A DNA stretch of 56,514 nt, filler included, from Sluysia triapertura (lineage: Eukaryota): assembly GCA_046118255.1 (NCBI GenBank). It is 4 parts of 4 records of this genome, joined end to end, with 100 filler letters (N's around TTAATTAATTAA, not from the genome) between each part and the next. Parts side by side here need not be neighbours in the genome. Positions count along the whole stretch, not along the records: positions 33,493 to 44,435 come from JBJNIA010191151.1; positions 44,536 to 56,514 come from JBJNIA010150939.1; 2 more parts are not named here. One strand, given 5' to 3'. Within the stretch, counting starts at the first letter, position 1. Every line of letters starts with the position of its first letter. The position numbers and the translations under genes are program-made. This document shows positions 39,531 through 51,584 of this stretch, in pieces. The notes under the pieces are model-generated. The model was not told the origin of the DNA, searched no databases, and saw only the letters and a program-made list of their open reading frames with translations.

Positions 39531-39966
39531 AAATGGAAAAAAGACAATGCAGTGCCAACCAGCAAAACGAAAAACGATATACACAGGATGACTAAAGAGA
39601 CTTTAGAAATCGTTGCAGTATCAGCCGAAAATGCTACAGGTCACATCCGGAGAGCAACTTTTATTCATACCATATTGAAATTATCGCATTTTAATATTGT
39701 TACACAATTTTTGATTGAATTGAAGTTTCTACACTTGGTACTGAGCGATGGTATCCCTATTCTAAGGAAAAGCTCACGTTACTTAGCTTTTAAAGTTCAT
39801 AGAAGGTGTAACATTATTTATTTTAGTTTTGTAATCCATTTTCCCACCAACAACCGACTTAGACGGGAATATCGTTTGCTTAGTACCAAGAGCGAGTCCG
39901 AAGGTTTAAGAATTTTAAAATGTTGCTCGATTTTTTATTTTTTGATTTTTATTTTGAAATTGACAT

Positions 39967-40554
39967 ATGATCCTCACCGAAGTATGTTTGTTTGTCGTGT
40001 ATGTTGAGAGTATGATACATTACTGCCATGACAAATTTACTCGTACGATGTATTTTCACGTCAAACTAGATTTTTGGGATGATTCTCTTATTTTTATGCT
40101 TTGTCGTGCATATGCAAGATTCCCTTGCGAATTCAAAATTGAGGCTCACCTTAAGGTTGGAAGTTTAGGTACAATGCATAATTATAACGCGCGCATACTT
40201 AATTGTCTAGATCGACATGAAATTTTAAATAATTTTAAAATCTGTTCTAACTACGTTGTTGTATATCTTTGGTATGAAGTTTTTATCATGTTTGAGCCTG
40301 GTGAGATAAATTTTGCTGTTCATAATGTCGGAAAGAGTGGAAACTTAGGAGCGATATTCTACAGTCCTGCGGTTGATAGTAAATGTAAGTTTCGTACTAT
40401 TATACTTGTTCAATTTTTTAATGTGTCAACAATCTTTTTTTATGTGCGTATAATACAATTTTTTCATGTTATTCTTGTTCAAAAATTGTTCTTTATAAAG
40501 AAATTTTCGAGTGCCTTAAGCACCGATTTTGTCATAATTATAGATTTTATGTAG
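39967..40554 (+). CDS. Orphan 195-aa ORF
   Basis: Long open frame; antisense frames contain many stops; no domain recognised. Confidence 0.3.
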   Translation: MILTEVCLFVVYVESMIHYCHDKFTRTMYFHVKLDFWDDSLIFMLCRAYARFPCEFKIEAHLKVGSLGTMHNYNARILNCLDRHEILNNFKICSNYVVVYLWYEVFIMFEPGEINFAVHNVGKSGNLGAIFYSPAVDSKCKFRTIILVQFFNVSTIFFYVRIIQFFHVILVQKLFFIKKFSSALSTDFVIIIDFM

Positions 40555-42690
40555 ATCAAACCCGTTGTAACAAAAATAACGGTAAACTTAAACTCCCAAA
40601 CGATAAGATCATAACCACAATAAAAATTAAAATGTAAAAATGAATTTTAAAAAATAGAGTAATAAAATTTTAATTTTACTAAATCAAATTTGAATAATTC
40701 GATAAGAAATTGTAAACAAGCAAAATGGCAACCAAAATTGTAGTATATAAGTATTGAATTTTGGAAGCCATATTGCAAAAATAATGCAATTTGATGAGCA
40801 AGGAAAATTTTCAAATCGATCATGTCCATGAAAGTAAGGTCATTTTTATTAACTTTTTCGTCCTCATTTTAATTAGGACTTAATATTTCCCGTAATATAT
40901 TAACATTCATTCTAGATCTTAAGGGCTAGGTTAATTAGTAATTTTTAAAATCTTCAGTACTAAAGAAATTATTAACATTCTTTATGTACAATTTAAAATA
41001 TTGTTATTATATTCTTCGATTTATACATTGTGTTCGACTTGCAATTTGTATCATACTTTAAGTGAATATATTTTGAGTGCAATAAAATATAGATTCTAAT
41101 CTCAGTTACTTTTTAATTGAATAATAACACAATTTCTAAAATATATTATCATTTACTAAACCGTAAAAAGGCTAGCATAGTTTCTAAAATATTTTACTAT
41201 TTACTAGACCTTAAGAAGGCTAGCTCAATCTTTATATTATTCGCTAAACCACACCAAGATTCAAATATAATTTCTAAATATTTAAATTAAGTATTTAACA
41301 TAGTACATAGCGCCAAAGTTACTAACTTTTTTCAGTTGAACATCTGCGTGATAAATTTCGAAAAATCCGAATAGAACGTCATCTTCATTGGTATAATTTG
41401 TGCTTATTAGGCGAACTGACCTCTAGACATTTTGCTAATATAAGTTAACTTCTTTTTATAGAAAAATCTAGCAATATAAATACGTCACTATACCGCGTTA
41501 CGTACAAATCCAACATAAACAATCATAATACAATAAAAATAGTTTAATGGAGTCGCATTGTACGGTGATCCACTTAATTAACTTGTTTTATTGTTACTGC
41601 AGAATTTGTTTTTTGGTAAATTGTTTAATATTGGAATTTTTATGTAAAATTACTAGGACAAACATTAATTTGACGTTTCATAATAAATAAATTCTGCAGC
41701 ATCACGTATTTGATACCCACTGTAAGCGACCCAGTATACAGAAAATTACATTTTACAACCAACTTAAAGTGTATAATGCAACAATGTCTCCATCATTCAT
41801 GGAAATTGATGGAGATAATATAGGGTGAAAATAATTATACATTACCTAGTTATAAAAATTAAAAATTCGTATAATACAAATTCAGTCTAAATCTAAACAT
41901 TGGTAATGCTTAATTTTTTATTTGTTTAAACTCATTGCCATAAGCTTTAAAACAGGAAAATTTCGTACATTTATATTTATTAATAAACTTAATTAAAATA
42001 AATGAAAAACAACTCCACAAATAAATTTGAATATAAAAGACACTTAAGAAATGTGTATCGATTATCATTTTCAAGTAACTTTTATTAGGAACAGAAAACA
42101 TAACATAATTTTGAAGGCATATTTGAACAATATAGTGTCAAGGCGACAACCTGAAAATGAAGCATATATTATTAAATACATAGTATTATAATTAATAATA
42201 CAATCTAAAATATTATATTTCATTTTAGGTTATATACTCAACAGACAAGAAATATTCTAATTAGAAATAATATATGGGGACACGATTTTAATTTTAATGG
42301 CATAAAAAAGTATAAATTAAAGGTTCTATAATTCAAGCAAAAAACAACATAAAGCATATATCACTTCTACTGCAGTAAAGTTTTGTCACATAAATTTGAA
42401 TAATTTATTTCGAATAACTCCTTACGTTAACATTACAACAATAAACTACAATAAAGATTCGTTCCCCAATCCTAAGTACATTACTTGGGATCATTCGTTT
42501 GATTTGTCAGAAATAAGCATTCAATTTGATTGAGATAATTTAGAAAATGTTGGATATAACATAACTTAAAAGTGATAATCGTTATGGATATGCTCAATAA
42601 TAGGTTGACACACAAAACATTAAATATTAATATTTTATTAAATATTTTTAAATTAACTTATTAAGTTGAGTTACTTGATCGATTAATTAT

Positions 42691-43151
42691 TTATAATTCA
42701 CCGTGGATAGTTGCAGCAATACCAAATTTATTTGATATACAATTATTAATACTGTTAACGGAAGCAGGATCATCACATTTCTCAAATTTCTTTTTGTATA
42801 GTTGATATCCAGATGATTCAGTTGATTTCGTAACAGCAAACAAACCACCAGTAAACTTATCCTTCGCTGACAATCCTTCAATTTCAAATGGTATTTCATT
42901 ATTACTCAAATCAATGGAGTAAATACTTAACTGATACTGGTTTCGAAGCACATGAGACATTTGTTTAAGAATTTTTTGGGAAGATTCACACCATTTACAT
43001 TGTTCTGGGAGTAACAAAACCAACAACTTATCATCTGGGTTATCATTTATCAGTTTTTGGAATGTGTCACCAACTACAGTAATTAATGATTGATTTTCGT
43101 TAGGTGATGTTCGTGGAATTATTGATGATTTAAGAACTGGCCATAATTTAT
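42691..43151 (-). CDS. Terminal exon of a protein-disulfide-isomerase/thioredoxin-domain protein
   Basis: After TTTGTAG acceptor: LKSSIIP..ITVVGDTFQKLIND..LVLLLPEQCKWC..IDLSNNEIPFEIEG..HGEL-stop (PDI a'-like domain, KDEL-type C-terminus). Confidence 0.75.
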
Positions 43152-44375
43152 CTACAAATATGTATGTGTTAATATTACAAAATAAATAAAACTCAGATTT
43201 TCAATATGAAAATTAGAGTTTTTCAGTTGTACCTTGATTTTGCAGCAATGTAATTTAAAAAACGTTAAAGAAATTACAACTAACAAAATCTTTTCTCAAA
43301 CATTAAATTATATATAATTTATGATCGAAATTATTAAATAAATTAAATAATATTAAATATATTAAATATGCAATTTACTAATACGATTATTGTATTATTT
43401 AAAAAACATAAAAAACACAATCAAACAGAAATATGTTTATAAATAATTCTTTCATAATGTTAACTTTGTGAGGTTTCACAATTTTACTTAAGTAATTTAT
43501 GAAGGTAATACTGAAGGTAAAAAAAGTAATAGTAAAAGACAGATGTGCACCCCTTCTCTTTCTCTATAATGTAGAATGCTCTTGATATAAATAACTATAC
43601 TGCAGATTATTTAATATCATTTTAGAAAACTTTCATTGAAATTAATAATTTTTTTTCATTTCAAAAAGGTTTATAATGATAGGATTGAATATGTATTAAA
43701 AATATTATTCTTCTGTACTACTTAAATAAAATTAAATCTCTTTATATTTATTGCTTTTAGTACGTCTTGCTTTATAATACGGGTAATTATGTAGTGTGGA
43801 ATTTGTTTATAGTTATTTTTCTATCGCGTGGAGGTTATATCTATACTTTGCTTTGATAGTATAATTATAATAATTCATACAGAGATCCATATAAACACTT
43901 AATCAAAATCATTTATTCACTGGCTCATTTTTAATTTTTACCAGAAAATCAATTTATAACTTTTTGCATAAAGTTTGTAATAAACAGACATACAAATCGA
44001 TATCGGCAAAAACAAGTAATAAAGGATAAAAATTTTAAAGTAACTCACTTTCTAAGATTTGATCAAGAAAGTTTCGAATAAGTTTATTATTAAATTCTTC
44101 CATAGGTTCCATTCTATATTTAGTCATTGATTTCTTCAAACAACCTACAAAATAATTAAGGATAAAATTAATAAAATTAAAAAAATTTCACAAATACTAT
44201 TCTTATTCATTCTTTTTTCCTGCACGTGTATTGGGGGATTCCTTTAGAAAGTAATTCCTTAGGCCATATTTTTCTTTTAAATGTAATAATAAAATTACAA
44301 TTACAACTGTTGGGGTAAAAGGCCTAAAAGTGCCATTTGGGAAAATTGAATATAATACAAATGAAATTGTTAGAC

Positions 44376-44435
44376 GGGGCTGATAGCTCAGTGGTAGAGC
44401 ATTCGCACTGCGCATCGAAGGTCCCGGGTTCGATC
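44376..44435 (+). tRNA. Truncated tRNA or tRNA-like sequence (Cys/Ala-like; anticodon unclear)
   Basis: TAGCTCAGTGGTAGAGC D-arm (A box) and GGTTCGATC T-arm (B box); 3' end lost in the gap. Confidence 0.7.
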
Positions 44436-44535
44436 NNNNNNNNNNNNNNNNNNNNNNNNNNNNNNNNNNNNNNNNNNNNTTAATTAATTAANNNNNNNNN
44501 NNNNNNNNNNNNNNNNNNNNNNNNNNNNNNNNNNN
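44436..44535. other. Assembly spacer
   Basis: N44 TTAATTAATTAA N44. Confidence 0.97.
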
Positions 44536-45847
44536 ACCTAAAAACTTAACCTACAGCAAAAATAACTAATTATTATGAGTCCGTTTACAGTATACGACTT
44601 ACCAATGGCGTATCTGTAAAAATTACGTGAAAGTAATTATCAAAATTAATCGTCAATAATTAGCAACTAATAACTTAAAAACAATTGAGACCAATGTTAA
44701 TTTAATAAATATTCAAATTAGTATAAAATCTAAAAGAGAATAGTGATATGGAAATGTATCTTTTCTTATATTTTTAAGTTTCGCTCTAATGACGGTCAGA
44801 ATCTTTTTAACTTCTCTCTATTTTGTAAACAGTAACGAAATTATGTTCTTACAATGAAACATGTGTTTAAATATTATTATTAGCACAGTTATAATAAGAG
44901 AAAACTAAGTTTAACAAACTCTCTAATATTTTATTAAAACAATAATATAACCAAATAAAATTATTATAAATATACTAAATTCGATAATATATAAGTATTA
45001 TTATGACAAACACAATATGAAAATATTAAAAATGATAAAATTATAATAATGATAATAATTTAAATATAATAAGGGTCTATCCCAGAAGACTCTACCCTAC
45101 AATATCTATTTTATAAGTGACCTTAAAGGCCAACTAAAGATTCGAGATTTTATATTTTAAATGGATTTTGTGATTGGCCTTAATGACGAACCGTAAAAAA
45201 AGGATATTTTACGTATATTTTATAACTCTATAGAAAGTTGATAACTTATATAATTTAAACTTACGATTAATCAATAAATACGAAAAATTGATGATTGTTT
45301 CTTCTTCTTTGAAATTATTTGTGCTATTGAAAATCGTTCCCTCTAATCGCAGACGCGGACACGATTTAATGTCCTTGATTTATAAATTTGAAATTGAACG
45401 AATTCCTCGAGAAGGACAATCTAATACCACGATGATCGATTTTTACCAATGTGATTGAGTAAAATTGCGGAATGGTTCCTTTGTTTTCCAAATCTTGTGA
45501 CTTGAAATTGAAATTGTGAATTGCAAATGGCTTTGTTTTTTGATGTAATTAAACAAAATTGTTTCTTGATGTTTCTTTCGTAATGTTTTTTAATTCATAA
45601 TAATAATAATTTTAATTTTGATATAAATAAATTAATAATTTTTTAAATAGTATAAATTTTAATAATTTTTATAACATTTTTTAAAATTACAAAAACATAA
45701 AAATTCGAAAACATAAAATAAGAAATACAAAAATTTTGTACACCTTTACATTACAAAAGTTGCCCTCATTAGATCGGTATGTTAAAACTTTCTTAATTAT
45801 TCTAAGTGAATTTTACGATTCTATTCGCTAAAACTGAAATCCCCTTA

Positions 45848-45867
45848 TAATAATAATAATAATAATG

Positions 45868-45907
<40 letters not shown>
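45848..45907. repeat. (AAT)n microsatellite
   Basis: About 20 AAT units. Confidence 0.95.
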
Positions 45908-45909
<2 letters not shown>

Positions 45910-45952
45910 CTCACTAAAATCAAATAAATAATCCTTGATAAATTGGTTTCCA

Positions 45953-46228
45953 TGTTACCTGACTGAACTGAACCAAATAACTCCAGCCACAAAGAATTGT
46001 AAATGAAAAACAAGATGGCGTCAGAAAATTATATAAAAGCACGTGTCCTAAATTGAAATGATGCTCGTTTCTGTACAAGTCATCAGCCACAGAACATTCT
46101 AGAAGCTTCTATTCTATTTTTGGAAAAATAAATATTTCTTGGTGATTTAGGAGCTTCAAAAGATTTTTAAAATGATTTTAGAGTTTTTTTTAGTGTTATT
46201 TTACATACTTTAGAGGGTTATTATGACA
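45953..46228. repeat. LTR-like unit (TGT...ACA) with TATA, AATAAA, YY1-like motif and heat-shock element
   Basis: TGTTAC...ATGACA ends; CAAGATGGCG 46011-46020; TATATAAAAG ~46030; AATAAA ~46127; on minus the unit is followed by TGG (PBS-like). Confidence 0.45.
46091..46110. promoter_or_regulatory. Perfect 4-unit heat shock element
   Basis: aGAAcaTTCtaGAAgcTTCt = nGAAnnTTCnnGAAnnTTCn. Confidence 0.7.
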
Positions 46229-47129
46229 ACCTAACAAATTATTAATTTTACATTTGTAAAACTGCAAGTTAATTAAATCTCACTGTGTTTGGACGCGAAG
46301 AATCAGATAATTGAATACAGAACTAAACAAATAACGCAAATTTGGCTATTAAATTATTATGTTTATTTAATAACGTTTATTTATTAGTTTATTTTAAAAT
46401 TGGTTTATCAACTTATTCGTAAACTCTAATCAATACTAAGTCTTTATTCTGATTTAGTTGTATAATCTATTATTTTTGATTATTCAAATTGTCACAAATT
46501 GACTTATTATTTTTATTTGCTCTATATTACTTAAACATCTATTCTAATTCCAACTCGTGTGATTCGTAAATTAATTGCGAATATTTAGAATTTTTAGGTT
46601 CTAAATTTATAGAACCACACTTTATGTCTTTTATCATTGAAAAAAGATTTTCTTATTTGCATTTACCAATGGTAACATTTTAAAAGAACACCATTCAGAA
46701 ACATATTTATTATTTTAATAAATCTTCTTTTGTATTATAACTATTTAATATATTATCCAAACTTATATTTTCGTTCAATTTTATCCTATTAAATGTTTCT
46801 AATTTATGTTCTTTTGATTCATGACTTTATAATAATAGTGGTGGCCAAATTATTAGACGAAATACCATTGTTCAAGGATACCAAAAAAACTATTAATCAA
46901 ATGCGTATAAATACATGCTATTTACCGACAGTTGTCACGGAAAATGTCTCCAAAAAATTCTGGTGAAAGTAAAATAATAGATCAAAATACTGAGATCCAA
47001 AACATACAGAAATTTTATTCATGTAGAATGATAACACAATTTACTACAAATTAAATATGTACAAACTGTTGTATCTATACTTTGTTTGCCCTTCTTTGTT
47101 ATTCAATAATTTCCTGATCCTTAAAGACG

Positions 47130-47222
47130 GATGAGCTTAGTGCACAAGTCTTTGATCTCGTCATCGTGATGTCATACTTGACAATATCCCACAGATTTTC
47201 TATGGAATTCATGTCTGGCAGG
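47130..47222 (-). pseudogene. Short Tc1 transposase remnant
   Basis: PDMNSIENLWDIVK resembles the SPDLNPIENLW motif. Confidence 0.6.
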
Positions 47223-47844
47223 TTTAAAATAAATTAGGAAATTATTTCAGATAATCAAAATATAAATTTCGAATATTTACATCGATTTACTTTTGTAACA
47301 GAAAATAACAGAATGTATTTCCAATTTCTTATTGGTTTAGATGTTTTATTCAACAAAAACGCAAATAAAAATAGACAATAACAACAATAAATAGTAAAAT
47401 ATGTAATAAAACTACAAAGAAAGTATAACTAAAAACGAGAGACTATAATAGTAGTGTTAGTCATAGTTTTTTTAGTTGGAAACAATAAAATCATATAGAT
47501 AATGAAACCCATAATATTATAAATCAATATAGACAAATTTCTATTACTTATTCACCACTTTAATCTTTACCGCTTAATTTAATGAACCTTGGAGTGTCTT
47601 TTTTTGTTGTTATTTAAATATAGATTTTTATGTTTCGTTCACTAATTTTAAATTTTTAGAAAATGTTTCACATGTTTTATGTTTAATTTAATTTTGACAA
47701 ATAATCGGTGTTATTTCCATTGTTTAATAATAACATTTTATAAATTTATTCTTTTTTGGTTATTAAAACAAATTTACCATTTTAATTTTATTACATGATA
47801 TAAATCGATTAATCATAATTTATTTAATAATGAGTACTAATTTA

Positions 47845-47876
<32 letters not shown>

Positions 47877-48249
47877 ATATTTATTTTAAAATATTAACGT
47901 TAAATGAAATATGAAGAAATAATTCTATTTTATTGATCATAAAACATTCAAATGAATTGCTCATCATAATTTATATAGTTATTATCATTATTATTATTGT
48001 TAAATTATAAAAAAGAAAATTATAGGGTTTTAGCATTGATAACGTAAACCTTGCAATAAATTAAGTAATATGAATAGATTTAAAAAATAAAAATATTGAA
48101 ATAGTTAAACATTTTATAAAAAAATGACTAAATTCTTTTAATTTCAATTGATTTTCATTTTTAGCTGCAAAATCTAATTAAATGAAATAAAGTTAATAGC
48201 GAAACTAAAACTACGAAATATGGATTCAAAAATGAACATGGAAGTACAT

Positions 48250-48670
48250 TTAAAGTTCTTTAAAATTAAATATATAAAAATAAAATCCTTTTTTATGCTT
48301 TTTGAAATATTAGTTGTGATTCTGAAATTATGGATTAAAATGTGTTTACTGAAATTTAATGTGTGTTAATGCTTTGTGAATGTAGAAATGATTTTAGTGT
48401 TGTAAAATTGTAAATTAAAAAATGTTTCAAAATTAGTGGATCTAAGAAAATAAAATATGAAAAAGGTTTCAATAGAAAAGTGGGTAAAATTTTATAGAAT
48501 GTGCAATATGTTGAATTAATTTTAAAATGTTTTAATTTGATGATTTTCGATGTCGAATATGATTTTGCTGTTGTGAAATTTTATGTTTAATAGCAATTAT
48601 GAAATATTCTGAAGGGTGATTTGTTATATTTTTGTGCTATAAAATTTCAAATTATTGGGTTGACCAAGTG
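48250..48670 (-). repeat. CA-rich repeat family, copy E, directly after the orphan ORF
   Basis: Similar to the reverse complement of 5560-5700; degenerate start TTGGTCAACCCAATAA. Confidence 0.5.
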
Positions 48671-50166
48671 GTTGAGTGGTTTTTATAACATTTAAAATTA
48701 TTATATTATTCAATACAAAATTTAGAATGTATCTTTTATTTGTGGTTTTAAAAATAGTTACTTTAACATTAAATTTTATACAGTTTATTAACACATTTTG
48801 ATTTAAAACTTTAAGATTAATGATGTGAAATCTAAAAACACTAAAGATCTTATTGAACATAAAATTTACTAAATTATCATTATACCATTTATATCTAATG
48901 TCTTCTTTATTGTCAGTCGTCCTTACTTCCATACCTAAACCAAAATCAATAGTTAAGTTATCATTATAATAAAAATAAATGAAATTTACATTTGTAAAGT
49001 CACAATGGTTGATATTATTCGGCTGGATAGGAATATTAAGCGATCGCATTAAATCTGTGAGTCTGGAAAGATGATCCACGTTGTCTTGATGCAAATATGG
49101 ATCCGCCATTTGACCAACAGTGTGAACATGTAGTCAACTGCTTCCATATGGGTATAATGCCATTCCAACACGCCGATTAGGAATTGGTACACGTTTAATT
49201 GTATTATGATAAAGATACAATTGACTAGGAGAATTACTTTTTGATTGTGCATTATCTTCGTATGATTTGTAGTAAGAACTGTGAGAAATATTCTCGTTAT
49301 TCACTTTGATCTTTGAAGTATCATAATTCTGTGAAATTGCTTGACAATGTTTTATATCGATTATAGGCTTGAATTCCGAAATATTATCATTTACCTCTGC
49401 CATAGTATTGACAAGAATTAGAGGTTGCAAACTATACTCATCATCACTATTAAGATCTTTGAACGAATAAGTGGAGTTCTTACCCAAATCAAAGTCAACT
49501 AGAACATTCAATTGTAGTTTACCAAAACATCTGTCATCATAAAAAAAACAAATATGACTGTACTAAAACCTCATATTTGTATTTGCAAGAGAATAACAAC
49601 TTATCGTAAAATGTGCCGTGCTTGCCATGGGGATGATAATCCTTAGTTTCAACTCCAAATCTGAAAGATGTATCTTTATTTGTTTTACTAGAACCTAATC
49701 CATGTTTGCTTTTACATACGGTTTCTATTCTATATTTCGAAACGGTCAATTATCTCTTCGATCTTATATTTAACTTGATTGATTCTGTACGTTTCGATCG
49801 CATTGTTCTGTGTCTCAACAAGATATCCAAAATCTCTACTTTTACATTGGTACCTTATTATTTTACATTCTATTTCATTTTTAGCAATTACATTAGTATG
49901 TCGTTATGTTCAGTACTGATATGATGATCATATTTTTTAATTTCTTGTAAAAGAAATGTAAACTTCAAATTCTTTCTATCAAAAGGTTCTTTCCTGGGAA
50001 TAGGTTGATCAATTTTCAATGGGTTTCCAAAAAACTGACTATGATTAACGACACGATCGTATTCAGAAATTGAATTTAATAGCTTTACTTCAAATGTATC
50101 TATCTCATCATCATTTAAAATTATTATATCTTCACAAATAAGTTCACATTCAAAAGTTTCAGTCAT
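48624..50166 (-). pseudogene. Degraded ~500-codon orphan gene between repeat copies D and E
   Basis: ORFs 49888..50166, 49537..49749, 49134..49511 and 48624..49109 are collinear, separated by stops/frameshifts. Confidence 0.55.
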
Positions 50167-50449
50167 TTCTTTAATTTTATCTTGAAAATTTTTTAGTGCT
50201 AACTTTTTGAAAATTCTTCTTTTTTAATCATATACAAATTTTTGATAAATATTACTACAATAATAATTTTTGCAGTGAATTGTAATTTTTTACTTTGTCT
50301 GGATTGGTTGTCATATTTTAAACCATACAATTAATGCACATTGTCAATTTGATTGGTTGTCCAACCAGAGATATATAAGAATAATGATGAGATTCACTTT
50401 GGTTGAACAACCAGCAAGAAATTGATTGATAAGCAATGAAAATTAATGC

Positions 50450-51584
50450 AGTTACCACTAGTAGTGGTAGTTACTAAATTAATTAATTAAATGGACAAAA
50501 TGATAACAATAATGATAACAATGTTATTGGTATTATTATTAAAATTGCATAAATTCTTTAAATTCTTTGAAACATGAACTTTTCTTATATTCTTTAACAT
50601 TTCTTACATATTTAAAATGCAGTTGTTATCATGTGATGTGAGGTATTTCTAATTTGAAATGTTTTAAATCAATTTTAAATGTATGGTTGATGTTTTACCG
50701 TGTGATTTTAGTTATAATGCTGTATGATAAGGTGTAGAATGTTTACAATGAATTTTTAGATGCTAATTAAGGTGTCTAACTGAAGGTGAGATTGAGCAAT
50801 GAAAAGTTACAATTTAATTATTTTGAAATAGCATGAGTGTTTAAAATGAATGATAAATGTACAATGGAGTTTTAAATGAAAGTAATGTTTAGCTGTTAGG
50901 ATTGTGACTTGAAACTGCATTGAAAAGAGTGTAGTTTGGTGTATGAAAAGTAGATAAGTTATAGTCTAGCTTTTGGTATGTTCGCAAGGTACATTATACA
51001 ATGTTAAAAATATAATTTATTTTTCTGATATGTTTAAGTAATATTGTCTTTCTGTGCTGTTGGGGATTGATTGATAACAGATCATGAATTTAGAATGTTT
51101 GAATTAATTTGAAGGTGTCTAGTAGTTTATTTCGAATGTGGTTGTAGTTGGATTGTTATGACATGACGAATAAAATATTTTAGATGTATTTTTTAAATGT
51201 AAATTGATGGTTTTGGATGTCATTGTGGTTTGTATGTTACGAGATTGTAGATTTAAAATGTTTTGAAAAATGGGAGTTGATTTTGGTGGATCTGAAACGA
51301 AATAAGATATGGAAACGGTTTTGACGAATTCTAAAAGGTTGTTGTGTGGTGTAGTTATGTTTGTATTGAACTGTGAATTTAAAAATGTGAGTTGTAGATT
51401 TTGAGGGTGAGTGTGATATTGAAACATATGATCTTGATTATATTGACATGGAACTATGTATAAAATGTATTTTAATGAATTTTAAAATGTACATTGCATA
51501 TATTTTGAAAGTGTGTGTGGTTTTGTAATGCTTAAAGTAAAATTTTTAATAAAATTTGCTAAATGCAATAGGTCGGCCACCACA
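50450..51584 (-). repeat. TGTGGTGG repeat family, copy D
   Basis: Starts TGTGGTGGCCGACCT; shares the CAATCCAAC.ACA..ACATTCGAA block with B; ends at TAACTACCACTACTAGTG box. Confidence 0.7.

Larger units (their letters stand above)
36616..41427. mobile_element. Non-autonomous TIR element (family of 9318-10060) interrupted by a cargo-bearing insertion starting at 37716
   Basis: TCTAGAGGT...ACCTCTAGA inverted ends; family sequence at 37130-37715 and 40900-41425. Confidence 0.4.

Noticed and set aside
39261-39560. Intact large Rab (RASEF/Rab44-like coiled-coil plus Rab)
   Set aside because: Only the P-loop/G2 segment is present and degenerate; no DxxG or NKxD motif downstream
45828-46013. Poly-Ile ORF
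   Set aside because: Translation of the (AAT)n microsatellite
51119-51427. Thr/Asn/His-rich ORFs in CA-rich repeats (also 37715..37936)
   Set aside because: Stop-poor because of strand compositional bias; no shared frame seen between repeat copies
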